From the NCBI GenBank assembly GCA_964658305.1, contig OZ210886.1, positions 930,001 through 994,000 on the forward strand: DNA of 64,000 nt, given 5' to 3'. A program made the translations under genes and the position numbers. The stretch is from Leptogorgia sarmentosa. Its lineage: Eukaryota. The notes under the pieces are model-generated. The model ran no database searches and was not told the DNA's origin. It saw only the letters and a list, made by a program, of their open reading frames with translations. This document shows, piece after piece, positions 37,166 to 52,100 of this stretch (position 1 is the first letter of the stretch; the number at the start of each line of letters is the position of its first letter).

Positions 37166-40100
37166 CTAAATCTCTGACGATCTTGAGACGAATTGATTTA
37201 AAGTCACTGGAAGAGCAGGTTGTTGAAAAGGTCGCTGGCAAAAAGCGTGTTGCTCATTTTCTGAAGTACTGTCCAATTTGCTTCTTGCCTTGTGGACAAT
37301 CACTTCAGCTTCACATTGCTTCGCCAAAGATATGTCAGCTTCATCTTCATTATCACTTGCTGTTGGAGTAGATTCATCTTCGAAAGCATTCAAGCAGACG
37401 TTGGATCGTTTTGCTGTCAAATAGCCGTAAAAATCTTCCACATCGCCTTCGCAAGCGTTATTTGTATAGTCATTCACAATCGCTTGAGGTAATTTAAGGC
37501 CGCCTCTGTTTTTCTTGGCAAAATTGCCCTTAGGTTCTTTGGCAGACATTTCATCCATCTGCAAATAAAAACGGATTTACTATCAACTAAGTATACCTAC
37601 CATAAGTAAACAATGTATGGAGGAATGTATTGCTTTGTATGTTTTGTCAATCAAAATAATCTGTTTTGTAGTTTCAGCAACTGACACCTGAAAAATATAA
37701 TAATGTCGACCTGTTCGAGGTAAAATTCATTTTCCAGAATAACGTGGAACCGTCAAAGTATTTTACATTAAAACGCAATACTGTATAGCTCAAAGACCTT
37801 TTAACCTGAGCCCTTAATTTGCACTGCAACTCTAGTAATAATAATACACTTATAAACCATAAACCTTACCACAATGTCTTCCTTCTCCTTCTCACAGTCT
37901 ACGAGACATAATTTTTCGTCTGTAGTTGTTTTTTCAGTCTTTGCAAAGTCGCTTTCAGCAAGCCATGGATCCAACAATACGTGCGGATATCCTGACGATT
38001 TCAACGTTTCATTCATCGGTGTTGGGAATGCACGCATGGTTCGTTGAAATGGACGTCGTTTTTTAGTAGCATTTGATATTGCAGTATCTGCATGTGTTGT
38101 CATAGAACCAGAATCTGATGATTGTTTGCTTGTACACCCCAAGTTTGGATCAGCCATGTTTTCCTGTGTTGGGAGTTCAAAAGGGCTGCTCTTGTTTGAA
38201 GCCAAATCACGACGAAAGCTAGAATACGACGGTCGTCCCTAAAAGTTATCAGTGGAATAAATGAATAGTCTTGAATAATTGCTGTAATTTGCAAATCAAT
38301 AATCTGACTCAATGATGTTGTGGCACATCTGCAATATCTCAATATCTTTTCTAGGAATTTCCAACTTGAAACGTTTGACACGTCAAAGTTCACTTGCGCA
38401 GAAAATTCACCCACATGCAGACCTTGCAAGGAATGTTAGGGTTCCTCCTTGCAAGCTCCTCTCTCCAGTGTTTGCCACTGGAAACTGCTTATTTCCTGTG
38501 AAAAAAAACACTGAATGCTAGTTGAAGCAAACTCACATTTTCTCCCTTATACACATATTCCACGTCAGTGCAATCTGAGCTGGAGCCACGATCCATCACG
38601 GCCTTCGTTGGCATGTTTGCTTTGCAAGTTAAATGGGTCAAACGAAATTCTAAGTCGTTTAGCTGCTCGTCCAGCTCCTTGAAAATGTAACTCTAAACGA
38701 AGAAGAGCATAAAATCGTACAATTCAGAATTTGGCAAGTACGTGTCCAGGCTACAGCAAATTTTAGAATTGATGTGTTGCGCCAATTGTGTTATTTATTG
38801 TAATAGAATACATGGTATTGTATTACCACTAACGAAAAAAAAGGTTTCTTTCAGTTTATGTGTCATCTAAAAGTATTGACTATATATCTAATACGCGATC
38901 TTACCCCACATGATAAAAGGCACCAAGTGGTACTTGGTGTTGAATATGTAGAAGGACATAAGCAAACTAAATAACATTGTCATAGAAATACTCGAAACCC
39001 TCATTGTTATTACGATGATTCCGTTTTAGTTCATGCATGCAAACATTTTTGTTTGAAATCTAAAATGATTGAAAACAGATTGAAATCTAAAATGTCTCAG
39101 AAAAAACGACATCTTGTTTTTGTTGTTGTGAAAGTTTCACATATCTTCTGCTAAAAAGTTTTCGTTTTGGAGATTTGAAGTAAGAATGCAGGTACACAGT
39201 AATTCAAAAACTGAAACGCTGGGTTAAATTTTAATCCACAGGATTAACTTAAAACTAGTTTTGAACAACTGGAGGATTGTTTCGATTTATAGGTTAGTTG
39301 GTTTTACTATAATCCGCTTTCATGCAAAAAAAAACCATGCAAAGAACATCTTATACCATTGGGACTCGTTTCAACGTGTCATCCTCGTCCTTCGGCTCCT
39401 CAAGATAGGACCGGATAAGTGAGAAAACCCTAAAATAACATTAAACTTTAACATTTGGGCACGCAGCAGGATCCTGTCTGTTCTTTTATCTACACGTCAG
39501 AGTTTACGCAATTACGCTTGTCAAGGCAAAAAACATTAGGCCTAACTTACATGTGACTTGAGGCTTACACCCCCCTGAATAACGTATGTACAGTACCTTC
39601 TTACTTTCCTGAAGAAGTACACTTTGATTGGTATCCTTCTTTTTCTTTTCACAGCGAGCAGAAAATTTATACGGGCTTGACAGAATGCTGCCTTCACCTG
39701 AACAAGCAAACAGAAAATGTAATTGGTCATCTTTTCCTGGGTCACTACACACTAGTGACAGTGGGCCATTTTTTTTTTAAATACATTCCTTGTGTGGTGT
39801 ACGTCGACGTTAAGAAATTTTACTCCAATGAATATATATATTTTAGAATACACATGTATCTTAATTTTAATTGAAAAATCTCAATCAAAATCTGAAAAAA
39901 GAAAGCCCAAACACTCCTTTATGTTTCAAAAGGTCCTTTTCTTCTGGACAAGATATAACGACCGCGCCAGCCTCGATCCTGGGTTCCAAAGTGCGTGGTT
40001 TTCCCCGCTGGGGACAAAGCTGGGATACAAAAACGTTCAAGGTATATGTACATAACTATAGACAAACTTGCAGAAAACTACGGTTTATGCATTTTTAGGA

Positions 40101-43100
40101 CGTGGGAAGAATGTCACGCCAAAGTTTTCAAATTCTGGAGTAATACTTACCAAATTGGAGAAAAATATCATACAAACACAAAATGCGACGACATAAAAGG
40201 CCAACAACATTTGTTGATAAGGTGTATCAGCCACGAGGTTTTCAGCACCGGTCCTTCGTAGATATACTACAACTTGCGAAAACGCTTCCACAAATGTTTC
40301 ATACATTTTCAAATGATCTCCAAATAATAATACGCCCATATGTGCAAATCCCACAAAAACTATCAGTAATGCGAACTAGAAATTCAGAAGAGAGGAGAGT
40401 TATGAAAAAAAACTCATGACCAGCCAACAATTTAAGAAATAAAGTACACGGATTTCTTGCTATATTCTCAAGATGTCTAGCTTGTCTTTCCACTTTATTA
40501 ACAGTTACTGTACTTTTGTTTCCTTAAGCGGCCCTGAATTTATAGGCTGACATTGCTTGGGGGATTAGGCGTTTTCGTGTACTCACCAAGGGCAATAACA
40601 CATAGCTAATCACTGATATAAATATTTCCACTTGACAGTTAAGAAGTTTGTCTACACCAATAACATGGCATACTTTAATCGAAACAAAGAACAGCATGAA
40701 GGCGATGGAACACTTGAATGCCTCCTAAAAACATCCAAAACAATTGTGAAGAAAGACAAATATGATAAAATACTATTAGTCTAACAACTATAAAGTTAAC
40801 AACTATAACCAAAAACAGGTGTCCCCCCCCCTCACACTTCCCTCCACAATTGCGTCAATTTTGAAATTGAAACTAAGTCCAAAGAAATGAACTCGTGATG
40901 GAGTTTCTCAGTCTAGCAACGAGTGTTCTATATACCTGATGTTTATAAACCGTCTCTAAATCGTCGACAATATTTGCTTCATACTGATGTATTAAAAGAA
41001 CGCCCAACGTGAAATATTGGTATTTAATCCAAATCCACATTAAAATGACAGAAAGCAGTGAGAGAATCACCAGCATTAACTAAATAAAATGGATTTTTGC
41101 CATCAGTAAAGCCATGTATATTATTCAGCATTATGCAGTCAACCCCTTAAATTCCTAAATTGCATTTGAAAAATATCTTCAATGATACCACATGCAGACG
41201 CAGTGGTTGGTAAGTATACACCCTCATATTGCTTGCTTGAACTTAAAAATGCTGGGCTAGACAATGCAAGTGAGACTGAGATCTGAACTGGAACAATTGC
41301 GAAAAATACAACACTTTGGCATGAATGAAACCTGCGGCTCCACGATTCCGGCGCAGCGCTGTAACTAGTTGTTGCGGCGTGTATAGTGAAACTACCAATA
41401 CATCTTGGCTAAATAATGTCTTCCGGTATACTAATTCATCACGATCGTGTCAGACAAGGAATATACCATACCTCGATACTGACTCCAAGAACGCTTCCTT
41501 TATTGTTGCTGGTACTTGAATACGATTGACGGATAAACAGCAGCATAGGAACAAACGCAAACAATAACTGAAGAGAAAAAACATGGATATTAAGTAAGAC
41601 ATTTCCCGTGAAATGTAAATACTCGAGAAAAATGGAGGAAGCGTATGAATTCAATGGAGCTCATGGAGGGAAAAGGGAGCCTATGAGTTGAATGGAGCAT
41701 GTGACCTGATGAAAAGACTGATTGTAATTCATGCTAAATACCTGACAGATTGTCTGGAATGACAGAGTCATTGACCTGTCCACATGAAAACCAACTGTCG
41801 TAATAGCGACGTCACTTTGAACATGCGCAGATGGTGACATGACGTGGCTTGACACTTTTACAACGCTACAGGAAAGGAAATGAATTCGATCATCATTATA
41901 TACAATAATTCACCTCATTTTAAGTTCGCGACACTTCTTTTGCCGCATGTTAGAATATTACACACTTCAGGCGTTTATGTAAAATCAGTGTGATTCTTAG
42001 GTTTTATGGCGTACCTGAATACATCTGATTGTGGTAAATAAATGACAAATTTTAAAGTTATATCCTTCACGTATTCATTAAAAATTTCATTCACAGAATT
42101 TGTTAGGCCCAGCCAGTTTTTCTTCTGAGATTCGCTAAAACCTAAAACCTTTTCTTCAAACTCTTTTGTACAGTCCCTGAAAGTTAAATTAAACATTTAT
42201 TATAACATGACAAAATAAAAGACAAAAAATAAATCAAAACATTACAGATTTGGCAGAAGTTGTGAACGAAAACAAAGTACAGAAAGTTGTACATTGATCA
42301 CTTAAACACAATTTATCATGGACCTGTATATATTCTACGTGCCATATTTGTAAGTCAGTAAAGTTTAAACAACGTAAACCAGAACTCCAGGGGTAACCTA
42401 ATAGGCTGATACCTTTTAGCTGTATTTGCCAGTGATCCGTTGATTTGGTAAGTATCATTAACCTAAACGGAGGCAAATAATGAAATGTTACTACGTTCAA
42501 TTTGAAATCATGCACAATTCGAGTAATCTGATTGGTCAAAAATAATGCGATTACAACCCAAATCGCACCAATTCAAACCACATTGCACTCAAGTAGTTTA
42601 CCATTACTTATCGAAATGTTACTGTGGTGGTGCATGTACAAATTAATCAGCTTTAGTATTAGTGGTTATGTGCAAAAATAAGAAATGTCGTCAATTATTA
42701 AAACCACAAGATGAACGTGTGAATACAGAAAGAGTACACGCAGAAAACAATTTTGTAAGTATGAAGAATCATATCCCTGCATTTACTGTAGTGTTATACA
42801 TAAATGTGTGTTATGCGTGGATTGAAAACAGTTGTAAATCATCGACGAGTTTTTTTGGTACAGTGCATTGCACTACATAGACCTGCATACATACTTGGCA
42901 ATATTTGAAAATCATCGTGACTTCTGGGTTTCCAATAACAAGATCTTTATTTTGAAATGCTCTCATGGTTAGGGTTTTGTTATCAAATGTTAGAGTATCA
43001 AGAAACATTTGTGGACTTGACGACCACCATGTCAACACTGAAGTTGTATTCACTTGTCTAAACATGGATATATTCAGAAAATACATCATTATTATCATTA

Positions 43101-46100
43101 TTCTCAACATTTTCAATAAAGTTGATCTCGGCTTCCAATTTCTATGTATATCATGGTTGGATAAGCAGGGGCGCCGAATTTAGTGTATTTCAGCAACAGT
43201 CTTATTGTACCTGTTGAAAAACGTTTTCAATCCATTGTTATGCAAGAAAATAGATTTTTGGTTCCAAAATGGATTCAGAAGATACAAAAAGACCAGCAAC
43301 AGGCAATACATTAGAACATCTCTGCAAAAAGTAGTAGAAAGTGTTAACGAGGCGATTTTTTAAACTCAGGACCAATTTTTGGACATAACAATATTTAACT
43401 TGCTTTGATGGCGGTAAAAGAGAAGCTAATGATAGCAGTAACAAAAAATAGAAGTATACAATTGGGAAAACAAAACATCGACATCAATATTAGAGAATCT
43501 CATCACATCGGTTATGTTCATACGTTTACGTATAATGTTGAAATGGTTAAAAAATTGCCTACCTTAAAACGATTACTGTTGTGTTTTGTTTATGCAGCCT
43601 ACATCTGGCCCTGGTGACAGCTTTTTTTGAGAGTGGTTTCAAATATTTGATACAAAACAGCTTTCGATAAAGAGGCTGCGAAAATCAAACAAGATATATT
43701 ATAGTTAGTATACAACTGGTATGGACAATGTTACTTTTTCAAGCTGTGAGAAAGTAGAGCCAAAGGTGGCGGACTGATGCCAAATTGCTATGAAGATCGT
43801 AAACAATATTAAACCTTCCTTCCTTCAACAATTCCAGTTTTTTGCTCAAACGTGTATCATTTACATAGTGAGTCGAATTTTTGCCCCATCCCTTCAAGTA
43901 GGTTATAAGCCGCATTTGACCATCAGCCTCGATGCCACATCAAGCAGAAAAACTGGTGTAATTGATTGAAAACTGAAAACAACTTACATCTTCAAAATTT
44001 TTCTCTGTAAAAGAAGCAAACATCGAATCATCTGGAACATCATCCTCCCCAATTTCCTGACCAGGTTCATCAATTATAGTGGAATGAAAAAATTTGCGCA
44101 TTACTTGAATACCAGTAACAAACAAAGCCTAAAGCAAGAAAAAAGGTTCATCAGCCATTCATAGTTCGCATGTAATACCAAGCAGCACGCGGTATAAGGT
44201 ATCAGTGACGATAGCAGGCAATGCGCGTTCCACGCCAAGGAAACAGAGAAGAGAATATCACAGAGTCAGGCCTCTATGCAAAAAGGATATACCTGAAACG
44301 GCTGAGATATAAACACAGAGATGAAGAGAGACCAAAATACAGATTGCTTGTAGCATCTTAGTGTCACATCATCCAACCTATACATGAAAGAAATTCAGAA
44401 ATCAACTAAGTTAGATAGACCATCATGTTATACTGGGACTAGCATTGTTTAATGCAAAGCGCGATAAACCCGAAAAGGAACATGTATACAATGTAAATGA
44501 TTAGTAAATTCGGTATGGTTGCAATTCATCTATTACTTAAAATACATATCATACAGCATAAATGGATACCTGATTACGTATTCCACTGTGAACTGTGACG
44601 ACAGAAAAAAGGTCACAATACAACCAATCCACATCAAGACATTAATACACATCGGAAAACGAAATGAATACGATCTTGTAAAAGATAGTGATGAACGAGA
44701 TGAATCACTGGCCAGCTCATGATCAATGACTTTTTGATTCTTTGACATTGTGACAGGAGAATGAGAAGAATTGGTTGGAGCAATACCCGTGGTTTCTGTT
44801 GAGGAATCTAAAAAGTAGAAACGAGTTTTATAGATAAAATTCTAGTATATACCACTGTTCTTCATTGGCGTTAAAAATGTTATTTGGTCAAACCCCCTGG
44901 AATAACCCAGCGCTGTTAACAGAATGTTAATATAAACGAACAAATAATTTTAACAACCTTCGTCAGAACACATAATCTCTTGGTCTGAGGCAGGATCATC
45001 TTCATCACCCATGCTTTTAACAAGGAGAGCAGCAAGCTCCAACTAAATAATAATAAATATTAATTTTAAATAACTTATCATTAACTCATGTTTCGGAATT
45101 TCTAGGACTCTCGGAATTTCGGAATTTCCTTATGCATATTTATCTGTCATGAAGTAATTTAAATTTTTCAGAAGAGAACGTTTCAATAAAAACCAGTCAG
45201 TACCTGTTTGCGGCGCCTATACTCTTCTGATGAGTGATCGATTTTGGGCAGAACCTTACCACACTTTTCTACAGCACATGGCTCATTTATATCTAAAAAT
45301 AACAAGTAAACATACATGCATTTTATCTGCTATACTCCTAGAACTATCACTATCGTTCAGGTAGTATGTGGAACTTTTACTGTGAGTATAGAACCGGCCT
45401 CCATGAATAGTTCTAAATGTAGAATCTGGCACGCCAAACTGTTTCAGGTCTTTTTCTCAAAGCACACGGTAAATTTAATCAATTTATCCCATTTCGGCTA
45501 ACGCGACTTTATCTCCTTGCTGTTGCTCCAGTATTTGGTTCGGACCGATCGCGAAGTAAACTAGCAATATCTACTCAGGCAATTCTTATTTCCGAAAAGA
45601 GCTGGTTTCACCCCCTGAATATTTACACTTACTACTTGGCTTTCTCATTGACGTCGGTGCGACTTTACCACTCTTTGCGGGCTGAAAGAAATGTTAAACA
45701 AATTAGGTGCCATACAATCGTTACCAGCTTAGAATGTTCGTAAGTTTTAATTAAATAATTTATTTTTGAATTAAAATTAAGTAGACCTGTTGTACATAGT
45801 ACAGTTTTCCTTCTGTTATAAAACTGGATTGGGATTGTTCCCTGGTTTTAGAGTTATTTCCTTTTGGGCAGAAAAGGATCATGGGACAACTTGTATTCAA
45901 CTTATCTTTAGACTACAAATGGGTCGTTGATTAAAAGAATATTTTCTTTCTAATCTCAATTAGCCTGCGTGCATTCCCTAAGGCCTAAGGCTCCACACGA
46001 TAAAGAACAAAACATTACCTGTAGCCAGATGAATGATTGCGTGTAGCGAAACATAACAGCGAAGAAGAGATAAACAGGAAGACAAGTCAGGGTTGCGAGA

Positions 46101-49100
46101 ACGCCAACTTTGAATTGCGACATGGTTGGGTTAAACACAGACACACGATCCACGATCTATAAAATAAGAACGATCGATGTACTACATGATTTCTTCATGT
46201 ACAATACTAGAACGAGTCTTTTAAAGGATCTTTAAATGTTAAACCATTTTTTATCTTATTTAAAAACCTTGGATCTTGGATTACGCTGGGTTGTGAACAC
46301 ACTACTACTTTCGGAGGGGGGGGGGAGGGGTGGTGGCAGTCGAAAGTCAATATACTTACGAATTCTTTGTAATTGTAACAAAAATAGGCATTGAAATATA
46401 GGTATCCAAACAACAAAGCCATGCAGCATGTCAGACGCTAGAACAAAAGAAACAAATTGAAAAATCCACGACATAGCACAAAGGGTATTTTTTAGAGTTA
46501 ATAGCTGGCCTCACTTCAGTTTGAGCTGGGTGGATCATGTCTCATATAATCAACTTAGGATCGTATACCTCGGCTCTAGTGAAAAGACTGTACATTGGCA
46601 TTCTTATAAGCGATAGCCATATATGAAAATCCATCAGATTTTCCCCAAGTGCCAATTGAAACTCCTAAATAGGAAAAATACATTGGGGATCGTTTCATAG
46701 GGTAACACACAGTACATGCATGGGTCCAGTTGTTTGTGCTTGCTCTCAAGTTTACATAACCGAAGAAGGTTTACATCAAGATCAGTATATGTTCAGTTTT
46801 GTTACAGTGTGTATGGCAAGGGTTTCTAAGAGAGCATTTTGATTTGTTGTTGAGCGGTCGAAAGCCAACAATATGGATCACTAAGCCTTGGCAGGAATTC
46901 TAACGAATTCCTTGAGTTTTAAACTTATTTAAACAACAAACCTTGAAGGTGAAATTGTGCTTAAACTTGGACGGTTTTATCTTGCAGTCAAGCTAGAAAA
47001 ACAACATCATTGTTGTACTCACTTTTAACTTTGCAGCAAGAGTTCTACTTACTACCCAAACGACATCCGCCCCCAACACTGGGCACACAAAGGAGGTTTT
47101 TGCTATTCAATATCCTAAGTTACTATGCATGTAAAACTCACCATTCCATCGTTCTTATCAACAGCCAACCATCGGGAGCATTTGAACATCCTACCATAAA
47201 AAAAACGAAGAAATGTTATAATGCTCAAATTCATTTGGAATTTGAATAATACTCGTTGACTCGGGGAAAAAAGCGCATAAACATTTTTGCCGCCATTTTT
47301 TTCTACAGCAATTTCTGGTCGTGAGGACATGACACAATTCACATAGGGGATAGTGACTGTATTGACACACAGGTCAAAAATTACTTTATAACAAAGAATT
47401 ATTATCTTACCATTTTTCATTAGCACTCAAGTCTTTAATAATGATTTTATCAACAAACCAAGATGGCGAACTGCCACTGTTGTCATGCCAAAGGTGGATA
47501 CAGTTTAACGATCCCAAGTTCTCTCGTACACTGAAAAAAGGTTGCACAACATTCACAGGAATGTACTCAGGATTGTAACGGCGCAGTCGAACGAGGATGA
47601 GAATTGATGAGAGTTGGCAGTCACACTATCTTGTTTAGTTGTTCTCGATGCATGATTTGAGAAACAATCATACATCTACGGTATGTATTTCATGATTATC
47701 GACATAAAATACTTGTTTGATCCAATGCATATAGAGTGCTTATCAAATCTTAGCCCAATTTGCTAGTTCTACCTGACAACAAATACATCTCTTGAATTTC
47801 GTTGAAACAATGCTCGATTTTTTGTAAACAGCTCAACAGGATAAGATGAATTATTTTCGCCATACAACACAACAGCAACCTAATGTATGATAGGCACAAG
47901 TTAACCAACACATTGGACATATGCATATAGGCATTGCTTTTTATCACTTAATAATCATTTGCTGGTACAGAGGTTAAAAGTTGTAGTGCCGAGGGTGTCT
48001 CTTCCTTACCTTTGCAGTTGTGTCAGCTCCACAACAATGACCAGTGTAAACAGTTATTTTATATCTATATAGGGTAAAAAAATGATTGAATGGATCAACG
48101 CGACTAGTAAGATGACTACAATCCTGTTTGATTATTTGGGCCCAGGTATACTAACTGTACGAGGTATTAACTGCGGTTTGGAAAGGGTTCACTCTGGTAT
48201 CCTGTGTACTTCTAGTATTATTTCATTATGTGGTTCGTATCATACATGTTACAAGGTATATTAGCTAGAACGAGATCCTGGAAACGACATTACGATATTA
48301 TACCATTATGCAGCACTTACTTGTGTGTATGAGACGGATCGCAACGCTCCAAAAGAATAGCACTACTGTTCTTATAATGTTGCCTTTCTCTGACAAACAG
48401 TACAAGAACAACTGCAGCATAACACAATGATAAGACCAACATGACCCTATTCACGATTTTATTTTCTTCCCTGAAATAATAGAAACGTAATACATGACCA
48501 TTCACTCAAGCACAAAGTAATAATATACATATACGTATATGATTTACCTGTCAACAACTATTTCCTTCAAAGAGCTTTGCAAGGTTTTAGCTACAACAAC
48601 ATAACTGTATTCCGGACCTTGCAGTTGTTCCGTACTGTACAGAAGATAAAGGGGAATGGTTACTTGTGTACATAATGTAGCAATATTGCGTTGCATAAAT
48701 TTTTGTGTAATAAACCTTTCATATTTGTTTCACATAGAATTGGTGAGTTATCTGAGTGTTTCTTAATCACAACCAAGTTTGCTTACAAACACAAATGGAA
48801 AATTACGTTTACCTGCAATTTAACAAAGGAACTGTAGAATTAATATATGTTATTTCACATTTGCATGGATTTTCGGACCACTGGTCATTTTTATGTTCCT
48901 TTGTGAGGCAATTTAGGGACCTCATATGTAAATTGTACATCACTACAGTTTGTTGTGACTAAAAAAAATATGAGAACATGAAACAATATCAAAAGGAGAA
49001 AATCGAAAATATCCTCGTTCTATTTATGCAATTGACACTCTGCTTTGGGCACTCGGGAGAATATTGATCAAACAAATACCTCATATTTTGTTGGCTCCAC

Positions 49101-52100
49101 CGCCCATTGAATATCAACCATAACATTCAAGACTTTACCTGATAAGAGAGAAATGGTCAAATTGCGCCGTCATATCTGCTTGGGAAAATCCGCAAACCTT
49201 TATGTAGGTGAAATTTGGTTGGTTCTCCGCCTTTTTTGCAGGAATTTCTCCGGGTTTTTCCAACCATAAGAGGTTATTATAGCTATTATAAGCCTTAATT
49301 GGGAAACCACACCTGGGTGTCGACATTGTTAACACACATGCACAGTCATTACTATTGGCATAAATTATTAATTTATCTCATTTACATGTACTTACATTCC
49401 TTCCTGAAATTCGCAGGAGAGAAAAACAGTTGACGACGTTCCATATGAAAAGAAAATGAAAACTCCTCTTTGACTTGATACTTCACCTCAGCACACCTGC
49501 AAGATAACCCACATTAATTATTTGGGTGAGAAAGATTTGAAAAAATGCTTTTAAAGATGTTCTTGTTTGAATACACCTTTTTAAATATATATCGTCAGAA
49601 ATTTCTGCTTGGATTGAGAGCTTCGTTTTTGTGCCACTACGTAATTATGAGGGTACGATAACTGGTGAGGACGATGTGGTAAACAGTTACTATAAACAGT
49701 GGTAATACTGTACCACATACTGTGTACAAGTATATCATAGGACAGTGGTAATAACAATTCATCACATTATTTTACATTTTACAGTGGAATGTGTGGTCCT
49801 CATTTTTAAGAGGAGTAAGGAAAATGAATTGTGAATGAGTCATGATAAAAATAAATTTACAATGCGAACCTTATTCTGACCCTCAGTCTCAACTTGTTTG
49901 ACAATGAACCAATGGGGACCAATTCCATGTTAAGAAGAGTATCAACGGTTCGTTCCAATGTAAAAATATGACTTTCTCCTGAGCTGAGACGGTATATAGT
50001 TGATTGTAGTGTATTCTACATGAAATGAATAATATACAAATGGTAAGAATATTTTCATGAGGTGTATAAATAATACCAATGAGAATGACCTTCATAGGAA
50101 GAATACTTTTCATGGTTTTATACTTACATTGCTGAATCTGATGGGAAAGACCATTTTGACAGCAGTTATCTTTGCTCCGCAATTAATATTTGTCACTTGT
50201 TTGCAGTTTTGAGTCTTCAACTTTGTTAAAGAAGACACTGTCTATAATTCAAAAATATTTCCAAAATATAAGTTTTTATTATTTATACCTTGAGTGAAAG
50301 ATACATATTTTAAAATCAAATACAAATGCAATCAAATTTACTGATGCTCTTTGGAAATACTTCCTAGGAGTAGTGATCTCAGACTATCTAATTCCGCAGT
50401 AAGAGACAATAAGACGTCCCGCCCAAAATATATTAGCTACGTTGGCCCAGCTTTCCAATAAAAACAACTTTAACCAGAATTTTTTACTGTATTATGGATG
50501 AACTATAGAGACATACTTGATATGTATCATCATCTCTGAAAGGATCGATGTCCATGGTTAAACCTTGCAATCCACACCCGAACAAGTCACAGTCATAGCA
50601 TTTCTTGGAGTCTTCATCACCTGTGGTCGTTATCACTACACGTGTTTCCCCCCAATTGAAAACGATACTGTCACTACGATAGGGCGAGAACTTAGTAATG
50701 CTTGCTTTGAAGGCGTTCTTGGTAAAGTTGATTATTTCCACTGGAGTTCGCACGAATTTTGTCCTCAGTGAATCCTTAAAGTGAAATGTTTGTTCATTGA
50801 ACTATGGCCTAATCTAGAAACTGAATTACATACGTATCTGCATGTGAGTACAAGTTTTCTCATGCTCTACAACTCAGCGTGCAGTATATACAGAAATGCT
50901 TTACCGGACATGAAATATAACTCCCTTTAAACTTGATTTTTGTACAGTATCACCAACAAGTATTTCATATGCGCGCAAGACAAGGTTTTTGATAATGTTG
51001 ATTTTCATCCTTATATTATCAGCAAAATGTATTGCCATGGCTGGTGAGTGAAACTGGTTCTTTGAAACGAGACTTTGTTTCACATCTTATGGGTAATTTA
51101 TACAGAATTACCTCAAAAAGATAATTGAGAGTACAGAATTACCTCAAAAAGATAATTGAGAGATTCCAATAATTTCAGTTCGTCTCCTTTGCTATTTGTT
51201 TTGGTTTTTATGCTATTTACGACCGTGAGAATGTTTTCTTGAAAATCGTTGTCCAACTCCAAACTCCGTTCATTATGATGCCGTTTCCTTCTCATGAAGT
51301 TATAAAGTATATCTACAACTGCAACTGAACTGCTATTGGTTAGCTGCAACAAAAACAAGAAAGAGCAAAGCCTGAGTTTTTCAGAATTCAAACACAATTA
51401 TACTATAGTTCTTTTCTTCTCGATCTCAACCCAAGTGTGAAATGATTAAAATGAGTGAAACTTAAAACAGTCACCTGGGTCAAACTCTTCAGTCATTTTT
51501 ATTCTACTATTGTTAGAGATCTTTACAATCAAAGTACTAAAAATGAATGTACGTAATAAAACGTGCGGTACCTCTTCGGTAACTCTAGCGCAGCTCTCCA
51601 AAGAACTTGCAAACTGTCGGGAAACATACTGAGAACTATCGGAACGATAAATCTAAAAATATTAAACAGGCTAAGATAATTATAGTACACTCTTGGGTCA
51701 AGTGTGTAACAAACATCAACCCGCTGTAGTGATGCTGCGAAATTGGGGTAGTAATGGTAGTCAATTTGTCCATAGGCTCATGTGAAATGATTATTAAACC
51801 TATACATTAGTGAAAAATGTTCATGCTTGTGCCGCCGTATAATATGTTACCTCACTGGAAACCATAACTCTTGTTAGGATATTTAATAACATTTCTCTAA
51901 TTTGAGTTCGCAAGTGGAGTAATGAGGAATCCGTAGCACTTGGTTGCCTAAGAAAAAAAAACATTCGTCTAATTCTTGAAGGAACATGATTTTATAGTTT
52001 GGTCCTTCATATAACCAATAGCATTCCTTCACGAAAGCTAGCTATTCCTGACTTGAAAAATGGGATAATTTAACCATTGCTATATTGGTGGATTTGGCAA

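Noticed and set aside
36972..37241. 89-aa ORF overlapping the PKD1-like stop
   Set aside because: Different frame with a TTG start and no motif. Treated as 3' UTR, although a frameshift error cannot be excluded.
38239..38536. Apparent extra exon near 38495
   Set aside because: It has stops in the required phase, and the flanking exons join in frame without it.
51101..51162. CRISPR-like direct repeat
   Set aside because: Only two abutting copies, no spacer, eukaryotic context and no cas genes.
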